Below the pieces are notes generated by a model. It was not told where the DNA came from and did not search any database. It saw only the letters and a program-made list of their open reading frames with translations. From Flaccisagitta enflata (lineage: Eukaryota), in contig OZ231126.1 of NCBI GenBank assembly GCA_965153355.1, positions 39,060,001 through 39,124,000 of the forward strand: 64,000 nt of DNA, given 5' to 3'. Within the stretch, counting starts at the first letter, position 1, and each line of letters begins with the position of its first letter. A program made the position numbers and the translations under genes. Of the stretch, positions 54,001-64,000 are shown piece after piece.

Positions 54001-57000
54001 AAGGCTGCAGCAAGATATGCAAAATTATCAACTGGCAAATAATCAAATGAACGCATGACCTCTACAGAGCCATCTGATTGCACTTCAAATTTGTTAATCC
54101 CAATCTCATTTGGCTCATCCTCTTGCCTATGAATGACTGCAATGGAGCTAACTTCTTCATCTATCCTCTTGTCAGAGGGAGGGACAGATTGACTTTGAAC
54201 AGTACAGCCATTATCAACAGTTGGCAACCCACCAACTGCCAACTCTTGAATGCCTCTTTGGGCCATCTCAGAGACGGGAATAGAGTGCAGAGGGGGAGTG
54301 AGGGGGGTCGTGTTTGACTCAAGAATGACATAATCAGCATCATTGAGTTGGGAAAGTTGGACATCAGTGAGCTTACCTTTGAGTTCATCGGTTAGCCTCT
54401 TACTAATCTTGTGAATAGTCTTGAGACTAGTAATGGGAGTGTCAGGCTTAGTTAGAGAGCTAACACAATTGGCAGCAGAATCATCACTCGAAAAGGTGCA
54501 ACAAAAGTCATCACCAGTGCAGCAGTCATCTTCAATATTAGCGCTTTCAAGAGTGTAGCACTCAGGCAGAAAGTCGTGGGCCTGCTTGGTTATTTCATCC
54601 TCTACTGTAATGTGATTGGGATTGATTAGGTCAACATTTTGTTCTTCAATGGACTGCCTAACAGACTCATTAATTTTGGTTTTGTCCATATGCCACTTAA
54701 TTATTTTTGTGTCATGCTCAGAGGAGATGCCAGTTGATGCTACAGATGGAATTACATATCGACTACAGATGTCACTGATGGAGTTCAGACTACCAGGAAT
54801 CTTTAGCACCCTTGAGAAAAAGCGCTCTCTGTACAGCAATACAGCAGACCTGATTTTAGACCCTATTTCCTCAATAGGCTTAGTGAGACAATGCTTAGCA
54901 AAACTTGAGTCAGTGGCAACAAAATGGGGACGATTTTGCAACAAAAGATGAAGATCATTGGAGCTGTGCACAATACTCAATAATTCTTTACGATTAATAC
55001 AGTATTTTTGTGCATTTTTTGCATGGGATTTTGATACTGCACATATGGGCCAAAGCTCATCACCCACCACACAAAGCAAAGAAGCGCCAAAGCTATTTTT
55101 AGAGGAATCACAAAAGAGAATAAAGGTGTTATTCATGTATTGATCCTTTGAAAGTATTAGAAGGCCATTTGAACTTGCAATCATCTCAAAAATACATCTG
55201 ACCAACTTGTCCATTTTGTTGGTGAAAACAAATTTCTTGCCTGACTGCTGGTCTATTTCATCACGCAGATGAAAAAGTGCCTCAGCAAAGCCAGAGCTAA
55301 ATGAACCATAGTAATTGACATTTCCAATCAGGCGGTTCAAAGCCTTCTTATTTCTGGGAAATTCACATGGTGAAAAGGATTCCACTTTGCGTCTTGGCAC
55401 TTTTACTCTGCCATCTTGAATTTCAAGGCCAAGTACCTCAAAAGATTCACCCTGATCGTCGCACCTAAAACCAATCACCACATCACTCATTTTCCAGACA
55501 AGATTGTAATAGCGGGCACGCTCAAGCACTTGCTCATAGACCTTATACAGATTTTCATATGAGTAGTCGCTGATAGCCAAATTGTCAACATATGTAAAGT
55601 CATAGCCATCTCTCAGAATCCCATAAAGGATCAGTTTGAGTACAAGGCTAGCTCCAGCACTAGACGCAGCATGACCCTGAGGCAGACGTGCAAGTATGTA
55701 TTGCATTGCTGCAAAGGCTATTGCAAAGGCAGTAAGATATCTCGAGTCCTTGCTGAGGCAAATCTGGCTAAAGAAATCCTTTGCGTCAAGAGTTAAGAAA
55801 ATCTTTCCCTTGGTAAAGACAGATAGAACCTCTTTGGGGGTGATATTAGGACTGGAAAAGTCTTGAGTGCTACGAGAAATCTGGGCCAAGTCAATCACAA
55901 GCCTCCAAGCAGAAGAAAGATGCTTGCTATTCAGTTCTGGGTTCTTTAGGTCAGAAAGAGTTTTCATAGGGGGAGTATCAGGTGGAAGCTTGCCTTTAGC
56001 AACAACAAAGGCATTAGAAAGAGCAGAATCACTGGTCAGTTTCACAATGTTAGCTTCAATGTAACATTTTATAACCAGATTGAACAACTCTTTTGAGTAC
56101 TGTGAGCAGTTACGTTGCTTGGCTGCTTTCAATGGGGCTGAATTGCGGCCCAAATGCAAAGCAAAATGGCGCACTGCCCCTGAAATACTGAGCATGTCCT
56201 CGCCAAAACAATCACGATATGACCATGTCAAATCAAGAAACTTTTGCTTCCACTCTTCAGGCATAGTAGGGCTCACTTTGCACATGCTAACCATCGCATC
56301 TTTGCCCAAATTATCCCAGTATTGGAGCCTATACTCCCTAGACTGGGCAATTAACTCCTCAATCCGTTGAGGCGATTCATCATCGCGAGCCACAAGGCGA
56401 GTTCTGTCATGTGTTTGGCTCTCCACATCATTATTGTCAAACGCCATTTGATCTCTCAAATAATCAGGCAACTTAAATCGATTGCTCTCCTCAGTGGTTG
56501 GAGGAGGAGGATGAGCAGGAGGTGGTCGGGTGGGTATGAAATGGGGCAGAGGAGGAGCAGGAGGAGGAGGTAATGTGGTGGAGGGTGAAGTGTTAACTTT
56601 GCTATGCTTAGGAGCAGGTGATGTATTTTCAGAGCTCTCGGTACCATCAGATTCCCTCTTACGTTTGTCACCAAGAGTGTTCATGTCAAGAACAGTATCA
56701 CAAAAGTCAGTAATGATAGAATTAACAAAAGTTTCTTCATCACTTTGGCCGCTATCAGCCAAAGGTTCTAAGATGTGAACATCACTCAACTGGTCATCAG
56801 CCAGCTTTTGAGCAAGTGCTTGTGATAAAAGCGGTTTAAGAACACCTATAACACTGTTTTTCATGACAAGTTTATCACCATTAGTATCATTTGTCAGCCT
56901 AACCCGAAAAGGGTCAGTGAGCCATGGAAAAGTGCTGTCAATCACCATATCTGGGCTTGTGATACCATCTAGCTGGCAGTTATCAGCCGTGAAAAAGGTG

Positions 57001-57475
57001 TAAGTACCATTAAGTTGGGCAGTTTCCATTGGTGACAAGGTGATGTCCAAGAGGGTCGTTGTGTGGGCAGGGATAAGGACATTCTCTCTAACCTTGACTT
57101 TTATTGCAGAGAGACTAACAAAATCGCGCTTCATTTGCATAATGTGCTCCTCAGCTGAAAGCTTGTTGGTGAATAGCTTAACAGGAAAGGTGTTTTTGAT
57201 AAAAATAACATCATTTTCAAAGTCAGCGACTACTCCAAGATCCTTAAGAGCATTACTGCCTAAAAGTATAAGATTCTCAGCAAACATGGGATGTGAACAG
57301 ATAGCAAAGACACAATTGGCTCTCACCACCCCAAAGTCTAGGGTAACAACAGCACTCTCATTGATGGTGAGCGGCCCAGTGGCAGCACGAGCAGATATCT
57401 CAGGGCAATTTTGTATTTTCAGGCCTAATTTCAAAGCCAAATTCTTACTCATAACATTTAGAAAACTGCCACTGT

Positions 57476-58879
<1,404 letters not shown>

Positions 58880-60688
58880 TCATGCTGCCGCCTGCTGCTG
58901 CTCTGCAGCTCTATCTCTAGAATCCGGTTCGGCGCCCATGGCTCTGGCTACATTCATATGCTCCAAGTCGGTATGGTTTTCTTGTTGGCAATAGGAGCAA
59001 AATTTCTCAAAAGGGCAAGAATTTGCTTTGTGTTGACCAAGCAGTCTACATCGCAAACAAACCAATACCTCACAATTAGCTCTGTCATACTCAAAACCAC
59101 TTGGAGCTCTTGACAGGTAGGGATGAGGGGACGGGCGTCCTGCCGCCACAGTGAGAACGTCACCACGTGACACTTGAGAACCTAGGTTATTGGCTTGAGA
59201 AAAATTATTCAAAGTTTTAACATTTGGCCCTTGTTTCAGTCCTGTCTCCATCTTGGCAAGATCCTCGTTGGCACAAATTACCACATCATCCAAGTCCTGA
59301 CAATGTCTGACATTATCTATGACCTGTTGCGGTAGAGAGGCTGCAATGCAAAACTGTTTCTTAATGATCCTAAGCTTTGCCCTATGATCAGACGGATCCC
59401 CAATCTGATAGTCAAAAAAGGCATTTTCAAGTCGTTTCATGAGTGAGAACCGGCTTTCCCCCTGTCCTTGCACAATGGCATGAAATTTTTCACTGCCTGT
59501 AAGCAGAGATGACTCTTTGTCACATGCTTTGACAGCCTCAAGAACGCCATCAAGAGAAATCGACTCCATCTTTCTAGAATGAACGGCGTAACCAGGCCCT
59601 AGAACTCCGGCCATGAGGTCATCATTCAGATGGATAGCAATCTCACAATCATCAACCCCCTGACTCTGCAAGGTTTCAATTTGGGATACCAGTGCAGAGA
59701 CATAACTATCAAATGAGTGGAAGACAGAAATTTGGGGATATTTTGTAACTTTGAGCCTCTTTCGCATTTCATCCTTGGAGAGAGATGCTATTTCAGCTTG
59801 CACATCACCATCATCAGATTCCAACCCCTCAGCACCTATGAGCAAAATGCGATTTGAGCTATCCACTGAGGCAGAGGAAGGGGAGGGGGGAGGGGAGTGA
59901 GAGGAGGACTGAGAAGAAGTTGTGTGATGGTGAAACAAGTCACGTTTGGGCTTCTTACTTTTGCCCTTACCATTCTTAGAGCCAAAACCGTTCTCCACCT
60001 CCTCCTTCAAAGAAGCCATTTTCCTTTTACAACGGGCTCTCTCGTCATTCAGCTCACTCTCAAGCTTGAGCCTTTCCTCTCTAGCCTGAGAAAGACTAGC
60101 TTCAAGTCCGCGAATATGGTCAGTGAGCTCCAAATTAGCTCCAATCTTAGAAGCCAATTGTCCATCAATTTCAGTCAAGTCCATCGACAGCTTATCAATC
60201 AACTGCTCAGATGCCTTGATTTGATCCAACAAAAGCCCATCAGCCAACTTTCGATCTCTCTGCTGAGACTCAAGTTGCTCGCGAAGAGAGCAAACTTCAT
60301 GTTCTTTCTCTTTCAAAGTAGCCTGAAAGTTGTCTCTTTCTGCCTGCCAATTTGACAGTGCCTCAGCATATTCGGATCTAGAGTGTGCAAGTTGAGCAGA
60401 TAATTGCGCTACTTCCAATTCAAAGAAGCCAAAGTCCGGTTCAAAATGGGCGGGAGGAGGAGGAGAGGAAGGGGCACTGAGGGCAGGCTCAGGGATAAGT
60501 GGGGGTGGGAGAGAATCCGCAGGAAGGGAGGCTTCCAACTGAAAGTCCGAATCAGGGGGCTGGGGCTGAGGTCGAGTGGGAGGGGGAGAAAGAGAGTCAA
60601 TCAGAACTCCTTCTTCAATAGGGTGATGGGAAGGAGGGGGTGCGGGGGTTTTCACTGGCATCCTAGCCTCTGAAATTACTGGTTTCAT
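58880..60688 (-). CDS. gag: Gag-like protein (602 aa)
   Basis: Pro-rich N-terminus, long coiled coil, capsid-like region, and C-terminal knuckles CLRC-X5-H-X4-C and CSYC-X4-H-X4-H. Confidence 0.85.
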   Translation of the reverse strand: MKPVISEARMPVKTPAPPPSHHPIEEGVLIDSLSPPPTRPQPQPPDSDFQLEASLPADSLPPPLIPEPALSAPSSPPPPAHFEPDFGFFELEVAQLSAQLAHSRSEYAEALSNWQAERDNFQATLKEKEHEVCSLREQLESQQRDRKLADGLLLDQIKASEQLIDKLSMDLTEIDGQLASKIGANLELTDHIRGLEASLSQAREERLKLESELNDERARCKRKMASLKEEVENGFGSKNGKGKSKKPKRDLFHHHTTSSQSSSHSPPPSPSSASVDSSNRILLIGAEGLESDDGDVQAEIASLSKDEMRKRLKVTKYPQISVFHSFDSYVSALVSQIETLQSQGVDDCEIAIHLNDDLMAGVLGPGYAVHSRKMESISLDGVLEAVKACDKESSLLTGSEKFHAIVQGQGESRFSLMKRLENAFFDYQIGDPSDHRAKLRIIKKQFCIAASLPQQVIDNVRHCQDLDDVVICANEDLAKMETGLKQGPNVKTLNNFSQANNLGSQVSRGDVLTVAAGRPSPHPYLSRAPSGFEYDRANCEVLVCLRCRLLGQHKANSCPFEKFCSYCQQENHTDLEHMNVARAMGAEPDSRDRAAEQQQAAA

Positions 60689-61452
60689 TTTAGTGGACCT
60701 CTCACCTTTTTGGGACTAGGCCACGTTGAGGAATGTCTCTCCCTCAAAAAAGGAATCAGTTCAATTCTGAAACTGTGTCACTGCAAAACCCAAATTCAGG
60801 ATCACTCGATCCTAGGTCAGACATTTTTCCTAGTAGGAAGGGGGAAGGGAGGGAGAGAGGGGGGAAATTCGAGCGGGAGAGGGAAGATTAAAAAATGAAC
60901 CAAATTCTTGACCCAAAGTCGCGCACTCTGATCGCGTGTTTCTTACACCTTATATTTTCAAAAGAATGTAAAACCGGAGAGGAAAAAAAAGGTAGACTGG
61001 AAAAGAGGGACATAGGACGGACTCAAGGCTTTATCAAACGCCGGCATGTAACTCGGCCACATATTGTCAGATTCCGTTTGTTTGTTTGTTTTTTTGGTTA
61101 AAATGTTCGTTTTGTTTTTTTTTGTTTGTTCGTTTGTATAATTGCAACAAAACAAACGATAAACTTTGTCTATTACAAAATACGGAAATGAATCCAGCAA
61201 ATGCTAGTTATTGATCGTCAGATAATACTGAGTGTGTATTAATGAAAGACGGCGCTCATAATAACAATCCAGTGTAATTGTAAATCACATTTCAAATTGA
61301 AGACAAAAAAAAATTGAGGGCCGATGATAAAGATCCATTTTATTCTGTCTTTATTTTATTCAAGTCTGTCCGACTGAGCACACAACTGAGCAAGCTCACG
61401 CTCACAACTGAGCACATGAGGTGCTCACAACTGAGCACATGCGGCCGAGGTG

Positions 61453-61470
61453 ATTTAAGCACGGGAACCA
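61453..61470 (-). promoter_or_regulatory. Primer-binding site (tRNA-Glu-like)
   Basis: TGGTTCCCGT immediately follows the 5' LTR. It is complementary to a ...GGGAACCA tRNA 3' end, as in animal tRNA-Glu. Confidence 0.65.
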
Positions 61471-61676
61471 CTGTGCTATCTCAGTCGGTATCTCAAGTAA
61501 TGAACCAAAGCAAGTATATACAGACGAGTATAATGAGAATATATACAGAGAAGGCGAGGTAGAGAGAAGAGCCCTGACGTACCAGATCGAGCAGCTTATA
61601 TACCCGAGAGAGAGGAAGCAGAAGAGAAGGAAGAAGAGGAGAGGAGAGAGAGAGAAGAAGGCCGTCTACCCGGTTG
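61471..61676 (-). repeat. 5' LTR
   Basis: Direct repeat of 50538-50743. Confidence 0.95.
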
Positions 61677-63231
61677 GGTTGTCTGAATTGTCAAAATCCA
61701 CTTTGAGCGTCAGTATCACTCATCTGAGCGGAAAAGGGAGAACGAGAGAAAGGAAGGGAAAAAGAGATAATTGGGGATTGGAGGGCGAGGTCAAAAGGGA
61801 ACAGGTCGCCCAAGGGCAATATGTGGTCAGCGATACCCGTTGCCCTGCTTTGAGTGATTGTGAAATGGAGTGAGGGGAAGCAGGGCAGCGGCCCTAAAGG
61901 GGACAAAGTCCTGTAGAACACGGGGACTTTCGGTCGTCCTACCTGAAGAAGTTGATGAGATGCTATAGAGGGCTGACTGAAGGTATTCAAGAGCCTAAAC
62001 TGAGGTTTAAGAAGGCTGATTTAAGGCTTGAGAATGCCGATTGGAAGTTTGAGAGAGCTGACTTGAAGCTTGAGAGAGCTGGATTAAGGCTTGAAAGGCC
62101 AGAGGACTGATTTGAAGCCTGAGAGCGATAAATTGAGGTTTAGATGGCTGATTTGAGGCCTGAGAGGCCTAATTTGAGGTATGAGAGGCCAGGTCTGAGG
62201 CCTGCGGATTTGGATTTGAGGCCTGAGAGGCCAGGTTTGAGGCATGAGAAATTGGATTTGAGGACTGAGGCCAAATTTGAGGCCTGAGAGGCTGGATTTG
62301 AGGCCTGAGAGGCTGGATTTGAGGCCTGAGAGGCAGGATTTGAGGTCTGAGGGGTCTGATGAAGGGGGGGACTAAAGGACAAACGGACGAACGGACGAAC
62401 GAAAGTCCCCTTGTGTTCTACAGGACTTCGTCCCCTTCGGGGCCGCTGCCAAAAAGTGACGCGGGGTCACAATATCGTTGTGGATGGGTGGGCAGGGGCG
62501 TCCAACCCTCATCCATACCCAAACATACACAAAAAGTTTCTAAAACGCTCGTTTCCCCACTTTTTGACTCGATCACCACAAACGGACTAATGGACCGACG
62601 AACCGACGGGCGGACAAACGGTGTGTCCGCAACTTAAAAGAGCGGGAAAGTGGTCAAGGGCCCAGAAAGGGCTGGTCACGAAAGATAAACAAACCAAGCG
62701 CGTCGTTAAGACTGTAAAACCCGGAGACAAAAACACCAATTACACGCGGCACGAATTTGGTCATTTCACAACTTATGAGTTGCACGAGTGAGTTCATCCA
62801 TACGGACAGCCCACAGGTAAGCGCCGCTCTGGAGCACATAGCATTCCTGATTTGGTCGTTACTACAAACGAATTTACTGAATGCTATTTATATCGGAAGA
62901 TAATTTTTTTACCTTTTACCGTCTGACCAAGAATAAAGCACCCTCCTTAATCTAAGACTTCATAGCAGAGCTTTAAATACATTATCTTTTGAGAGCGCTG
63001 AAAAATGTTAATGATTGTCTATATGCTTCTATTTCATCTTTTTCATACAGACACTATCCCAAAACTTTTGTTGACCGGATTATGCAAATTAAGTGCTGAG
63101 TACAAGTACAGGCACTGCTGTTCATCTTGGACTCTTTCTTAATGTTTTTCTCTCTGACTTTTTTTTTTTCTCTCTGACTCTCTCTGACTCCCTCTCTGTC
63201 AGTCAGTCAGTCAGTCAGTCAGTCAGTCAGT

Positions 63232-63313
<82 letters not shown>

Positions 63314-63370
63314 GACTCAGTCCCTGATACTGAAAACGATAAAAGGCATCATGATCACGGCATGTTCCAG

Positions 63371-63589
63371 GCATTCGCGGTATGTTGACGACGAACGTGA
63401 ACGATTACGCGATTCAGCCCAACGGACTTCACGGTCTCAAATCCAAACGTCAACACCGTATTCAAGTTCAAGAAGTCCCTCTCAAGTTCAAACAAGCCAA
63501 CATGACGATGCCAGCTTCGGGTTCGTCTTTGTCTCCGGGACATCCGCTGGCTGATCGACATCGGGAAATGGCAAAACCTCATGGACAAG
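63371..63589 (+). CDS. ADAM/ADAMTS-like metalloprotease, next prodomain exon (3' boundary uncertain)
   Basis: TTCCAG acceptor in phase 1 gives [21 protein letters not shown]...HRI, continuing the C.GLRG......Y.I.P....H motif. Candidate donor AAG/GTTGGA. Confidence 0.72.
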
Positions 63590-63695
63590 GTTGGAACGCG
63601 AGGTCCAAAGAATGCACAATGAATTGATTATGATGTTTCGTTGTTCCAGTGTTTATGGATGACAGTGACAGTGAAATAATTTCTGGTGGTCAGGG

Positions 63696-63785
<90 letters not shown>

Positions 63786-63852
63786 TGTTGTTGTTGTTGT
63801 TGTTGTTGTTGGTGGTGGTAGTGGTGGTGGTGGTGGTGGTGGTGGTGGTTGC

Positions 63853-63895
<43 letters not shown>

Positions 63896-64000
63896 GAAAA
63901 TATATTGTTGAAAACGGTAATTTTGTAAATGAGAGCTCTCTCTTTATCCTTTCATACATTTTTGTTAGGATCCGTATCGACGCCATTTCACACGACTACA

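Overview
Eukaryotic (animal, probably invertebrate) genomic DNA, rich in microsatellites and transposons. (1) 1-21 kb: a ~10.6-10.8 kb tandem duplication carrying two intronless noggin/noggin-like genes that encode identical proteins. Its 5' part is a nest of non-autonomous DNA transposons, including a MITE that holds two outward-facing tRNA-like units. (2) 22-48 kb: a minus-strand tandem cluster of six small ionotropic glutamate receptor-like genes (~410-430 aa; S1-M1-P-M3-S2-M4 with TYTANLAA; no amino-terminal domain). Four look intact, one is frameshifted and one is 5'-garbled. (3) A plus-strand ADAM/ADAMTS-type metalloprotease gene that the ORF track misses. Its prodomain exons lie at 49.9, 50.4 and 63.4 kb, and a candidate signal-peptide exon at 21.5 kb would place the whole receptor cluster inside its ~28 kb first intron. 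(4) 50.5-61.7 kb: a very young 11.1 kb Ty3/gypsy-like LTR retrotransposon inserted antisense 16 bp into an ADAM intron. It has identical 206-bp non-TG/CA LTRs, a YVDN RT motif, an extra ORF in frame with gag behind a single TGA, and splice signals that would join gag to pol in frame. Several stretches look like poorly polished consensus, so some oddities may be assembly artefacts. All alignments were done by eye; no database searches were run.
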